From an uncultured Chroococcidiopsis sp. (GTDB taxonomy: Bacteria; Cyanobacteriota; Cyanobacteriia; Cyanobacteriales; Chroococcidiopsidaceae): DNA of 64,000 bases. The translations under genes and the position numbers were made by a program. Shown here in pieces: positions 32,245 through 42,162 of this stretch. Under the pieces are notes generated by a model that had not been told where the DNA came from, searched no databases, and was given only the letters and a program-made list of their open reading frames with translations. How positions within the stretch are numbered: position 1 is the stretch's first letter; the number at the start of each line of letters is the position of its first letter. The DNA is taken from assembly GCA_964248365.1 (NCBI GenBank), contig CAXTYC010000025.1:1-64000 (forward strand). The letters are read 5' to 3'.

Positions 32245-32273
32245 TTTGCCTTTCCAAATCAATATCAAAAATT

Positions 32274-32534
32274 ATGGAAAGTCAAAAGCAATCTATCTCT
32301 AGTATTCATGATCCCGAATACCACAGGATCGTTGATGCGCTTATTTCCTTAAGAGAAAAAGCGAAACTCTCTCAGAAAGCAATTGCCCAGGAGATTGGCT
32401 TGACGCAACCTGACGTTTCCAAAATAGAACGTCGGGAACGTCGAATCGACATCCTAGAAACATTACGATGGGTGCGGGCTACAGGTGCTGACCCTAGTGA
32501 GTTCTTCGCACAGTTTGCTAATTCAAAAAGTTGA
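32274..32534 (+). CDS. XRE-family HTH protein (R-M controller-like)
   Basis: LREKAKLSQ..IA..IG.TQ..VSKIERRERR; lies immediately upstream of the endonuclease. Confidence 0.85.
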   Translation: MESQKQSISSIHDPEYHRIVDALISLREKAKLSQKAIAQEIGLTQPDVSKIERRERRIDILETLRWVRATGADPSEFFAQFANSKS

Positions 32535-32536
32535 GC

Positions 32537-33679
32537 ATGACCCTTTCCAAACCAACCGTAGATCACACACTAGCCGAGCAACTTCTTTGGGAAGCAATAG
32601 AAATCGCACAAGATGACTCCAGACAAATTCCTGCGACACAATGGGATGCCGAGATCAGAACAATCATTCAAGGAAAACATCTGACTTTCAGATACATTCT
32701 CGTGACTGCTCTTTTAGGAAAAGCAACTAACCCGAGCATCAATGCCCTTGCTCTTCAAGCAGGTGCTGATCTTGAAGGAGCTTATGATGCCCGCAGCTTG
32801 TGTCATGGGATTGTTGTGCCGCTTGAGCGTCAATTGCTGAACCGTTCGCTGGGAGGTTCAAATGAGCCATTTCTCAATAAGCCCGCCCGCTTTCCAACGA
32901 TATCCCCATCAAATGCTGTGAGGGCTGGTAGGGATAGAGAGCTTTTGCTTATACTGCACAAGGTGCTGTCCGAGATAGAAACGTCTGAGCAAGCTTTCAA
33001 TAGTCTCTGTATTGCCGTGCATTATACCATTGAAAGACAAACTGCTCGAAATGGGCTTCTTCCTCAACTTTCAGAATCGGCAGACTCCCACTTAAAAATC
33101 ATTGAATTTGTTGATGCATTTGTCACAAGATCGATTGAGGGTCAGGTTGCTGCAATCGTAGCAGGAACTATCCTATCCACATATTTTGACCAGTTTGAAG
33201 GCTTTGAGGTCATTGTCCATCCGGTTAATCAAAGTGGCGCTTCCTCCAATGAAGTGGCAGATATAGACATCAAGAAGAATGGTAAAATCTTTGTGGCAAT
33301 TGAGGTTAAGGATAAACAGTTCAGTGAGCAGGATGTTGATCATGCTGCTTTCAAAGCGAGTCAATATAGCTTAAAGTCAATCACGTTCGTCATTGGAGTA
33401 AGTGGAACGTGTATCGGTTCATCTCTTGAGCAGGTTGCAAAAACTGTTTTGCTCACGAGAAACGTTAATGTCATTTTTGTTGATATTGTCTCCTTTATTA
33501 GATCGGTAATTGCATTATGTCCAGAGCTTCCCTTTGCCACATTTTTTGCAAAGCTCCAGTATTATGCAATCAGCGCTCGGGTCAAGGATGAAGTCTTTGA
33601 GCATATTGAACGTGTTTTCCAATCCATACAAGTTCCGTCCAACCCCCCATCTCACACTTCGCAGGAGCGGACGGAATAG
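32537..33679 (+). CDS. Type II restriction endonuclease, SacI-like family
   Basis: Motifs YDARSLCH..VVP, LGGSNEPFLNKPAR, catalytic ADID..EVKDK; divergent from the C5 methylase. Confidence 0.8.
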   Translation: MTLSKPTVDHTLAEQLLWEAIEIAQDDSRQIPATQWDAEIRTIIQGKHLTFRYILVTALLGKATNPSINALALQAGADLEGAYDARSLCHGIVVPLERQLLNRSLGGSNEPFLNKPARFPTISPSNAVRAGRDRELLLILHKVLSEIETSEQAFNSLCIAVHYTIERQTARNGLLPQLSESADSHLKIIEFVDAFVTRSIEGQVAAIVAGTILSTYFDQFEGFEVIVHPVNQSGASSNEVADIDIKKNGKIFVAIEVKDKQFSEQDVDHAAFKASQYSLKSITFVIGVSGTCIGSSLEQVAKTVLLTRNVNVIFVDIVSFIRSVIALCPELPFATFFAKLQYYAISARVKDEVFEHIERVFQSIQVPSNPPSHTSQERTE

Positions 33680-33735
33680 AGATGGTTGGTGAGGATGCGG
33701 AGGTTACTTGCTGCGGCTTATCTCAACCGTTAGAC
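33649..33735 (+). mobile_element. attC-like integron cassette recombination site (degenerate)
   Basis: R'' ATCTCAC, 5 nt, L'' GCAGGAGC ... L' GCTTATC, 6 nt, R' GTTAGAC; 87 nt in total. Confidence 0.6.
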
Positions 33736-33795
33736 GAGCTTTCACAAATGGCAGAAAACCAGCGATTTTTATAGGTAGATGTGCTAGATAAAAAT

Positions 33796-35139
33796 TTATT
33801 TCCCCACTAAGCGACGGTAAACTGTAGCTAGAGCAGGGTCATCGCCGACATTGCCTGGAAACAATACTACAGGTAGATTGGGAAACTGAGGGTGATCTGC
33901 CCCAGTGCGTACCATTGAACATCCTGCTAAAATTTGACCGAGTAGCCGTGCTGAAGTCAAAGCAAGTCCCTTACTCAAGACATCGTTGGAAGTAATACCA
34001 CCTTTGCTGATTAAAAATCCAATATCTGCGGGTAAACCGTGTACTATATCCATTAATAAGGCAGAAACATCTGCGCCAAACTGCAAGCGTGTCTGCATAT
34101 CTGCAAACACTAATTCCTTACGACTGGTATAAACCACTGGTGTTTTGCCAGCATTATGTGCCGCATGAACTTTTTCTAAAGTAGAGTTAAGTAACTTTCC
34201 TGGTTGCTCTAATGAATCATCCAGTAATTGAGCTACATCGACTTCAATGCCGACTATATTCTTTTCTTGTAACAACACATCCAACTGCTGGCTAGTTTTC
34301 TTGACGTGGGAACCGACAATGATCGCACCTGGTTTACTACCTCGCACATATTGCGACATTTCCTCGGCTGGAACTGGTTGAGGCGGTAATCCAGCTAAGG
34401 CGGTTAACAGGCTAGCAGCACTGCGAAATAAAAAGCGTTTACCCTCGCTTGCTGCTGTGAGAATATCCTTAGCAAAAGAGTTGAGATCGTCTATAGTTTC
34501 GGCATCAACAGCTACACATTTGTTACCTGTGAGACTTTTTAACCGTTCCAATGTAGAGATTTTACCTGTAACGTCTTTACCGCTGCGAATATCTGTTAAT
34601 AAAAATCTTTCTACTGCTTTGGCTGGGATACGCCCTTTAGTCTTTTCTTCAACGTAATCAGGTAAGTAACTATAGGTGTAACCAAAAACTGAATCACGGG
34701 CAAACTCAGTTTCATGGACGGGAGTAGGAACACCGTCAATAATTAGATAGTGTACGCTGTCGCGGGTGACTCTTCCGCCTTCAAAGAAAGCTGGAACGAG
34801 GAAATGGGCATCAAAAGGACCAAGTTCAGAGGCAATTACATCAGTTTCAATCGGGTAATGCCCCCGTAAGGTAGAATCAGAACGACTGACAATCAGGAAA
34901 TCTTGAATATTTTCAGCTTTCAATGCTGGTTTGAGGTTGCGGCAGACTTCTTGGGTAACAGATGCTGCTTGATCTGGGGGAAGCGATCGCGTATTTGTCA
35001 GTATAAAGAAAATTGGCGACTCATCCCGCAATCCCAGCCTTAAAGTGTCCACATCCCACCGCATCAGCAATAGGCAACTGTGAACGGTTTGAGAACCAGT
35101 AGGATCGTCATCGAGAACAATAATTTTAGGAGTTGCCAT
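33796..35139 (-). CDS. Four-carbon acid sugar kinase family protein (DUF1537)
   Basis: Motifs LDDDPTG, RSDSTLRGH, KGGITS, FPGNVG. Confidence 0.88.
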   Translation of the reverse strand: MATPKIIVLDDDPTGSQTVHSCLLLMRWDVDTLRLGLRDESPIFFILTNTRSLPPDQAASVTQEVCRNLKPALKAENIQDFLIVSRSDSTLRGHYPIETDVIASELGPFDAHFLVPAFFEGGRVTRDSVHYLIIDGVPTPVHETEFARDSVFGYTYSYLPDYVEEKTKGRIPAKAVERFLLTDIRSGKDVTGKISTLERLKSLTGNKCVAVDAETIDDLNSFAKDILTAASEGKRFLFRSAASLLTALAGLPPQPVPAEEMSQYVRGSKPGAIIVGSHVKKTSQQLDVLLQEKNIVGIEVDVAQLLDDSLEQPGKLLNSTLEKVHAAHNAGKTPVVYTSRKELVFADMQTRLQFGADVSALLMDIVHGLPADIGFLISKGGITSNDVLSKGLALTSARLLGQILAGCSMVRTGADHPQFPNLPVVLFPGNVGDDPALATVYRRLVGK

Positions 35140-35175
35140 TTGAACCTATGAGCGCTTCCCTTGTTATTTTCTCAT

Positions 35176-35769
35176 CTACAGTCGTATTCCGTTAATAAAT
35201 TCTGTTCTTGCTTCAAGGATTGAAGGCAATAGTACACAACGCGCCAGCAATTCTATATTTAATTCGGGAAGCAAGCTACTACGGGAAATCGGCTGATAAT
35301 TATCTTCTTCCAATCTATAGAGAGACAACTGGTTATTTTCCCAAAACCATACTTCAGTTATTTTGAATCGCTTGTATTTTTCTAGCTTACCTGTACCACC
35401 GCTAGTAATAACTACTTCAATAGCTAAGTCAGGATGCTCTTTCTTTTCCCCTATATAATAAGATTCATCTGGTTCAAATAAAACATCTTTAGTTTTATCT
35501 TCCCTCGTGGTATTGCCTACAGGGATAAAATTAATCCCCTTTTCAAAAAAGTAGAGTGCTAGCAATATAGCCAAGACACTTTTGATATTTTCATGCTGTT
35601 CACTAACTGTCATAAACTCCACACACCCATCAAGGTAAGATATTCGTACACCTGGGAATTCTTCCATCCCCGCTTGTAGCTTCTTGAATTGTTGCCAAGT
35701 GTACCGCCCTGGTAGAATAAATCGCTGTTCTTTAACCGAGGTAATTTTTTTAACGAGTTCTGTAGTCAT
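35176..35769 (-). CDS. Uma2 family endonuclease
   Basis: Motifs ISYLDG, EPDESY, PDLAIEV, EVWFW. Confidence 0.9.
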   Translation of the reverse strand: MTTELVKKITSVKEQRFILPGRYTWQQFKKLQAGMEEFPGVRISYLDGCVEFMTVSEQHENIKSVLAILLALYFFEKGINFIPVGNTTREDKTKDVLFEPDESYYIGEKKEHPDLAIEVVITSGGTGKLEKYKRFKITEVWFWENNQLSLYRLEEDNYQPISRSSLLPELNIELLARCVLLPSILEARTEFINGIRL

Positions 35770-36081
35770 GGCGCTCTTTCTCCTATCCGATTAACCTTAT
35801 GTTAGTTTGAATGCATATTTTGTAGCTTTTTCATGAATCAATTCCTATCAGTACAGATAGTAAATCACCAAGGGTGATGGCTTCTTACTAGCTCGGTTAA
35901 TTTAATAATTAATGTCCTATCTAGCAAGTAGTAGCCAACCTCGCCGAAGCCTCTATACTCGTTCAGCCTGGGAACAAAATCAGGGAGGTTATACCTCACA
36001 AGATATGAGTAAGAAGATTTTGAAATTAATTTTTACCTAACTTCTACCTAAACAAAGATGCAAAAATTCGTATTTCTACAA

Positions 36082-36726
36082 TTAGATAGAAGACAATATC
36101 TCTGCGCGTAATTTTGCAATTAAATCGTCAAGACCATCCATATTGAGCCGATAACTTAAAGGATGGGCAATAAGTCTTGCTGTACTTTCAAACAGTGTTT
36201 CAATCTCAATTAAGCCATTTTCTTGCAGTGTTCGCCCCGTCGAAACCAAATCGACGATTGCCTCAGACATCCCTGTAATTGGTCCGAGTTCGACTGAACC
36301 AGACAGCGGTACAATTTCCACAGGTAGATCTAGACTTTGGAAATATTCAAAGGCACAATTAACAAACTTAGATGCAACCCTACCATGAGGCGGTAATTCC
36401 AAAGCTGACCGATAAGAACTAGATGCTTTCACTGCTACTGACAACCGACAGCGACCAAACTGCAAGTCAACTAAATGTGCTACTTTGGGCTTTTTTTCTC
36501 GCAGTACATCATAACCAACAATGCCTAGCTGTGCTTGACCATATTCCACGTAAACAGGCACATCTTGCGCCCTGACCAAAAGTGCTTTAGCAATGTTATT
36601 AGGATCTTGAATTTGTAGTTGTCGATTGGCTGAATCAAGAAAAGCGCTGAAATCCAACCCCACCGATTGCAACAAACGAATACTATCCTTTAACAGTGCG
36701 CCTTTGGGTAATGCAACAGTAATCAT
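36082..36726 (-). CDS. hisG: ATP phosphoribosyltransferase (short form)
   Basis: [28 protein letters not shown]. Confidence 0.96.
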   Translation of the reverse strand: MITVALPKGALLKDSIRLLQSVGLDFSAFLDSANRQLQIQDPNNIAKALLVRAQDVPVYVEYGQAQLGIVGYDVLREKKPKVAHLVDLQFGRCRLSVAVKASSSYRSALELPPHGRVASKFVNCAFEYFQSLDLPVEIVPLSGSVELGPITGMSEAIVDLVSTGRTLQENGLIEIETLFESTARLIAHPLSYRLNMDGLDDLIAKLRAEILSSI

Positions 36727-36950
36727 AGCGATTTTAGATTTTAGATTTTAGATTTTAGATTGGGGGATTACAAGTTACAAGCAAGTCGAATCTCAGTTTA
36801 ACAAGTACTATTGCTAATCCAAAATCCAAAATATCTAATTCTTCTTCTCCCCCCGCTTTCTTCTTCTCCCTCCGCTCAAAGTGCATCCCCTGCTCAAGAA
36901 CGCTCTTTTCTAGCCCCTAGCCCCTAGCCCCTAACCCCTAGCCCCTAGTT

Positions 36951-37637
36951 ATGCGGATACTCCTAGTTGATGATGAAGCTGAACTAACTGATCCACTCAG
37001 CCGAGTGCTAACTCGTGAAGGTTATCAAGTTGATGTAGCTTATGATGGGGAAGCAGGTAGCTTTCTAGCAGAACAAGGAAGCTATGACCTGCTGATTCTC
37101 GATTGGATGCTACCAGTTAAAACTGGGTTAGAGATTTGTCAACAAGTGCGACAGGCAAAGAAAACTACACCTGTCCTCTTCCTTACAGCCAAAGATACCA
37201 TAGACGATCGCGTACAAGGTTTAGATGCTGGTGCTGACGATTATCTAGTTAAGCCTTTTGAACTGCGAGAGTTACTAGCGCGAGTCCGCGCCTTGTTAAG
37301 GCGTTCGGCTAGTGATATCCACCCCGCCACAACCCAACGCCTACAAGTAGCAGATTTGGAACTAGATTGCGAAAATCAGCTAGCCTACCGCACTGGGCGC
37401 ATAATTGAACTATCAGAAAAAGAATCTCAGTTATTAGAATATTTCATGCGCCATAAGAGTCAATTATTAACTCACACACAAATTTATCAACATTTGTGGA
37501 AAGAAGACGAACAACCGAGTAGTAACGTTTTGGCTGCTTTAATTCGGTTGCTACGCCGCAAAATTGAAGCACCTGGTGAAATACCTTTGGTTCACACTGT
37601 TTACGGCAAAGGTTATCGCTTTGGCGAAAGTAGTTAA
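36951..37637 (+). CDS. OmpR-family response regulator; no adjacent kinase
   Basis: Receiver motifs LVDDE, LDWMLP, GADDYLVKPF; winged-helix end TVYGKGYRF. Confidence 0.93.
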   Translation: MRILLVDDEAELTDPLSRVLTREGYQVDVAYDGEAGSFLAEQGSYDLLILDWMLPVKTGLEICQQVRQAKKTTPVLFLTAKDTIDDRVQGLDAGADDYLVKPFELRELLARVRALLRRSASDIHPATTQRLQVADLELDCENQLAYRTGRIIELSEKESQLLEYFMRHKSQLLTHTQIYQHLWKEDEQPSSNVLAALIRLLRRKIEAPGEIPLVHTVYGKGYRFGESS

Positions 37638-37696
37638 TTTAGTTTTTTTTCCCTTTCTCGTTCCCAGGCTGAGTCTGGGAAGGAGGGGTTTGATTT

Positions 37697-38230
37697 TTAA
37701 TTATTTCTATTTTTATAAATTCTGTATTCTACCATGTGTAGAATATTTCCACTCATATTTGTTTTGTCGTATTCCTTAACAATTTCTCCGCCTAATGCTT
37801 CTGGGATTTTTCGACTAGCAATGTTTGCTCGGTCAACATGATAACAAAGATACTTATAATCTAAGTTTTCATCAGCCCAATGTTTAATAGCTGTAATTGC
37901 CTCTAGCCCGTATTTATTGCCGTGTGCTGCCTTTTTGAGCCAAATTCCTAATTCTGGATCTTTCTGAGTAATATTATGAATACCCGCGCAACCTAAAAAT
38001 TATTGAGATTCTTTTTTTAAGATAACGAGTCCCAAATTGCTACTATTTTTTATCCCTGCAATTGATTCGTTGAGAAATGCTTCTGTTTCCGAAATCTTTT
38101 TTGGCGATCGCGGTATCATATAGGTGGTAATTTCATCAGTAAATTCCGAAAAAATTTCTTCTTGATATTGCATTGATATAGGTTTCAACAACAAACGATT
38201 TGTTGATATTTCCACACCCAATAAATTCAT
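37697..38230 (-). pseudogene. GNAT/RimJ-RimL acetyltransferase with one internal stop
   Basis: The frame continues past TAA 38000-38002 as FLGCAGIH..ELGIWLKKAAHGNKYG..NIASRKIPE to a stop at 37697. Confidence 0.8.
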
Positions 38231-38240
38231 ATTTTACTCT

Positions 38241-39278
38241 CTACAAACTTGTTGATGATCGCAAGGTATCTATTGCATTTTGCAACTTTTCTCTTAATGC
38301 CTGTGCTTGTCGGTAAGCAGATGATCTATCCCCTTTGGAGGATGTATTTTGAGATTGAATTTGCCCTGGTTGTGAATCGATTTGATATAAAGGTTGAATA
38401 AAATAACGCAGATCAGTTTTCATTGCCCAAACTCCCATCGAGGGAAAGAGAACAAAGACGGGCATCAAAATAGAAAGAGGCAAGAAAGGTAGACTGAATC
38501 TTTTAGCTAATTTTTTCAGATTTATTGCCCAAGGATGCAAAAATTCGTTCCCAATGCAAACAACTGGGAGAATTGGAATCGAAGTGCGATCGCTTAATCT
38601 AATAAAGCTTATATCAAAAGTTTGCAGCTGGTAGCGGTGTTGCCAACCCTTCCCTGGACCCCTTAACCCTTCGGGAGCATAGAGTAAAATGGTATTTTGG
38701 GTTAGTGCCGCTTCAAATTCATCTATCTGTGCCCTCACACCACCCAGCACCTTAGACCATCCAGCAGGTAGCCACCAAATCACCCAAGGATGGTCAAACA
38801 AAGCAACACCAGCCAACGGTTGCACACTCCAACCGCGTGTTTTACTTAAAAGATAACCCAGTGCCAAGAAATCCCAAGGAAAAGACATTCCAGCATGATT
38901 CATTGCCACAATCAAAGGTTCAGTCTGAGGCAAATTCTCAACTTGTCTGAGTTGGGCGCGAAAATGATATTTCACAATTGGCGCTAAAATTTCATCTCGA
39001 AAAGCTTGCTGATAAATAGGATCAAAGTGCGTTTCTTGACTATTAGGTAAACGGCAGCCCAAGCGTAACCAACGCAGTAGCAGGGCTAAATAAAATCCCC
39101 CTGGAAGCAAAAATAAGCCGTATTCCAACCAATTCCAACCATCAGGATCAGCATGATAATGTTGCCAATGACGGTTAAAGAGAATCAGCCAGCCTGGAGG
39201 ATACCACAGGCAAAACCAATCGAACCAGGTAAAACTATAGCCACTCACATTCGGTAAATTGCAACTAACCAACCTCAT
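38241..39278 (-). CDS. Lysophospholipid/glycerol acyltransferase family protein
   Basis: NH-x-D motif (NHAGMSFPWD), APEG, PILPV. Confidence 0.8.
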   Translation of the reverse strand: MRLVSCNLPNVSGYSFTWFDWFCLWYPPGWLILFNRHWQHYHADPDGWNWLEYGLFLLPGGFYLALLLRWLRLGCRLPNSQETHFDPIYQQAFRDEILAPIVKYHFRAQLRQVENLPQTEPLIVAMNHAGMSFPWDFLALGYLLSKTRGWSVQPLAGVALFDHPWVIWWLPAGWSKVLGGVRAQIDEFEAALTQNTILLYAPEGLRGPGKGWQHRYQLQTFDISFIRLSDRTSIPILPVVCIGNEFLHPWAINLKKLAKRFSLPFLPLSILMPVFVLFPSMGVWAMKTDLRYFIQPLYQIDSQPGQIQSQNTSSKGDRSSAYRQAQALREKLQNAIDTLRSSTSL

Positions 39279-39494
39279 CGTGACGTTCTCCTAGCACAAA
39301 ATCGAAGATTTGGTGTAGGCTTGTCTATTTCACATTAGAGCATTCCTACGTTGCACTTGGCTAGAACTTTCGTTCCTCGCTAGTACGCAATCACTAGGCA
39401 GTTTCCGTTCCGCTCCGTCCGAGCGTAATAAAATACCCACAAGTGGGTAACTCTACTTTGTAGCACAATCAAAACAAATTGGTATGAGTATTGA

Positions 39495-39596
39495 TATATA
39501 GAGCAATCCTAAATGATTTATCAGGTGTGCCGGAAATTCCGCCGCAGGCAGGAGGTTCCAGCTCCACATTCATAATTAAAATATGATTGCTATATA
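39495..39596. repeat. Short MITE-like element with imperfect terminal inverted repeats
   Basis: TATATAGAGCAATCCTAAATGA ... ATATGATTGCTATATA. A similar left end occurs at about 54007-54034. Confidence 0.5.
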
Positions 39597-39681
39597 ATAG
39601 TTTTTGTATTCCTTTTTTTTTAATACTTATTTTATAAATCAAAAGCTAAAGGCTAAAAGCTAATCACTAGGAGTCTGAAAA

Positions 39682-40422
39682 ATGATAGGCGAAATCAAAG
39701 CAGATCTAAGCCATTTAACTACAGAAGAACTTAAACAGCAACTTTTAGCTCTTACTGGGGATAGAGATACAGATCCTTTCAGCACAAAAGTACAGTTTTA
39801 TAAAAATGAATTGGAGCCATTTTTTACCGAGTTGAGTCGGCGCAATCCATTTCCCAATGCTGACGATCAAGTGCCGCTGGTAATTGGTGTTTGGACACCA
39901 ATTTGGACAACTATACCTTTTCAAGAAACTTTGCCTGGGCGTATTCGTGAGCAGTCTTATCAAATTTTTCATGACAATGGTTATTATGCCAATATTGCTC
40001 GATACGCCCCAGGAAGTAAGCTATCTTTTTTACAAAATATTTCATCAATTCTGTTAGCTTTCGACTTGATGGTGCTGCAAAAGTTTGAGGTACACAATGG
40101 TCAATGGTATATTCAAAACGTCAGAATAGAACAAGCTTTGCGAATGAGAGGAATTCCTTTGAGTATCGACAAAGCAGAAGATTGGTTTGATAATGTAGTT
40201 AAATCAAAATTAAAGGAATCTTCTAAAAATATAAATATAGAAGTTCCGTCTCCACCCGAATTCAAAAATTTAAATAAAACGACTTCCAAAAAATTTGAAA
40301 AAATCTTCTTAGCCACTCCTCAGCTTGAGCATTTATATATAGATCGGGATTTTCGCCTAGTTAAAACTCAACGCGAAGCCAAACAACGACCTTCTTATAC
40401 AATTGCCATACGTAGACAGTAG
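39682..40422 (+). CDS. Hypothetical protein, PAP/fibrillin-like
   Basis: GVWTPIWTT near the N-terminus and LYIDRDFR near the C-terminus resemble fibrillin/lipocalin motifs. Confidence 0.55.
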   Translation: MIGEIKADLSHLTTEELKQQLLALTGDRDTDPFSTKVQFYKNELEPFFTELSRRNPFPNADDQVPLVIGVWTPIWTTIPFQETLPGRIREQSYQIFHDNGYYANIARYAPGSKLSFLQNISSILLAFDLMVLQKFEVHNGQWYIQNVRIEQALRMRGIPLSIDKAEDWFDNVVKSKLKESSKNINIEVPSPPEFKNLNKTTSKKFEKIFLATPQLEHLYIDRDFRLVKTQREAKQRPSYTIAIRRQ

Positions 40423-40574
40423 CCTTTGAAAGGGAAAAGGGTAAAGAGGTATTGCGGAAAAGGGAAAGGAGACCCACGAAGATCGACCCACGACAGAATA
40501 TTTAATTCTTTCATCTCCCCTGAAGCTCCTTGCGCCCCTGAAGCCCCTTTGCCCCTTTGCTCTCACGCCCGCCC

Positions 40575-40961
40575 CTACTCTCCTGAGTGTCCATCCCGCC
40601 GCCCTAATTCGTAGACTCCACAGCCCACACAAGCTAGCATACCTACACTAATTGCCCAGCTACTGCCCAAGCCTCTTTCAATGCCATAGTTGCACAAGCC
40701 ACCGATGATTAAAAACGGCACTATGCTCAACAGGGAGGCATAAAAAGCGTTTTGGGATTCTCTGCCTTTACGAGTTCTTTCAAATTCAGCTTCACTGGTG
40801 TAGAGCGATCGCTCGGCAAAGTTAAACCAGCGCTGTAGTTGGTGCATGAGCCATTCGCCCACAGCAGGAAAGCTCAAGTATAGAGCCAAAGACCATAGAC
40901 TTGCTCCGGCGATCGCAGTCGCATTCAGATCAAACCTAAACGGAAGCATTTCACTGTGCAT
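40575..40961 (-). CDS. Cyanobacterial membrane hypothetical protein
   Basis: Three hydrophobic segments; RESQNAFYAS, YELGRRD. Confidence 0.75.
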   Translation of the reverse strand: MHSEMLPFRFDLNATAIAGASLWSLALYLSFPAVGEWLMHQLQRWFNFAERSLYTSEAEFERTRKGRESQNAFYASLLSIVPFLIIGGLCNYGIERGLGSSWAISVGMLACVGCGVYELGRRDGHSGE

Positions 40962-41387
40962 GGGACGCTCGTTGCTTGAATACTTAACTTTAATTAAGGG
41001 CTTTTAAAAATTTTAACGATAAAGTTAAACATTTACACAAACTTTACAAAAATTCTAGTGTTCTTACCGAGGAAACTGCCAAGGGCAAATTGTTCTAAAT
41101 GGTTCTAATGCGTATATTCGCCCAATAATTGCAGCAATTCACCAAGCGGGGCTTGCGCGATCAGTAAAATTACGCTTGCCCTAGAAGTATAAACAGTGTT
41201 AAGTTTTTGCTGGCTTTTTGTAGATCCTATCCCAAGCAAACTGTCAATCCTACTTAAGTAAGTTTATGTAACCTACCTCATGCCCAGTGCTAACGAGTCT
41301 AAGGATATCAACTAGGTGGCATACATTTGCTGCAAGTGATCGCAAGACAAGTTCTAGTCGTCTTTTAAAGCTTCATAAATCTGTAAT

Positions 41388-42035
41388 ATGACTCATCTCG
41401 CAAATCCCAGACAAAAAAGCTTTGCTCACAAGAGAAAAATCCTTCTTCTGGTCGCCCTGAGTCTTGTAATACCACTAATGGGCTTGCCGCAAAAAACGGT
41501 CAAGGCAGTGGAAGCAAAGCCAAACGCGATCGCATCTAACAACACCTGGCGTGGAGCCTCGTTTCCAGTTGAAAATTTTCAATACTACAGCTCACCTTTT
41601 GGCTACCGTCGCTCTGCCACTGGTGGTTCTGGCATAGAATTTCATAGCGGCTTAGATTTAGTCGCTCCCCAAGGAAGTTACGTCCGCAGTTGGTGGGCTG
41701 GTAGAGTAGAAACGGTTGCTGATGGTGATGCTTGCGGCACTCATGTTGTGATTCAATCAGGACCTTGGGAACATATCTATTGTCATATGCAAGGGCAGGT
41801 TGGTACACAAGGCAACAACCGCTATCTAATTGATCGTGAAGGTGGAATTCTGATTTGGCAAGGTCAGATGGTGAATGCTGGCGCAAGAATTGGTCGCGTA
41901 GGAATGACCGGACGCACAACAGGTCCCCATCTCCACTGGGGGCTAAAGTATGCCAAAAACTATATAGACCCTGCCTTGGTTCTGCGAGCCATGTACGGGC
42001 AGCAACAAGCAAGTATAGCAGGGAGTAGGGAGTAG
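41388..42035 (+). CDS. M23 family metallopeptidase
   Basis: HSGLD, YCH and GRTTGPHLH motifs; signal peptide. Confidence 0.92.
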   Translation: MTHLANPRQKSFAHKRKILLLVALSLVIPLMGLPQKTVKAVEAKPNAIASNNTWRGASFPVENFQYYSSPFGYRRSATGGSGIEFHSGLDLVAPQGSYVRSWWAGRVETVADGDACGTHVVIQSGPWEHIYCHMQGQVGTQGNNRYLIDREGGILIWQGQMVNAGARIGRVGMTGRTTGPHLHWGLKYAKNYIDPALVLRAMYGQQQASIAGSRE

Positions 42036-42113
42036 GGTTGGGGGAGAGGGGGAGAATTGTTAATTTATACTTGCTGCTTTACCCTTTACCCTTTTCCCTT
42101 TCACCAACTACCT

Positions 42114-42142
42114 GTAAAGACGTAGCATTGCTACGTCTTTAC
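42114..42142. repeat. REP-like palindrome between convergent genes
   Basis: GTAAAGACGTAGCA-T-TGCTACGTCTTTAC. Confidence 0.65.
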
Positions 42143-42162
42143 CAATTACCAATTACCCATAG

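Noticed and set aside
33637..33643. GTCCAAC as the attC R'' box
   Set aside because: It fits RYYYAAC, but its spacing to L'' is 17 nt rather than 5. ATCTCAC at 33649 has the right spacing and complements the left core.
36951..37637. Assigning a specific name (rppA) or inferring loss of a partner kinase
   Set aside because: The ortholog cannot be fixed by eye, and orphan OmpR regulators are common in cyanobacteria.
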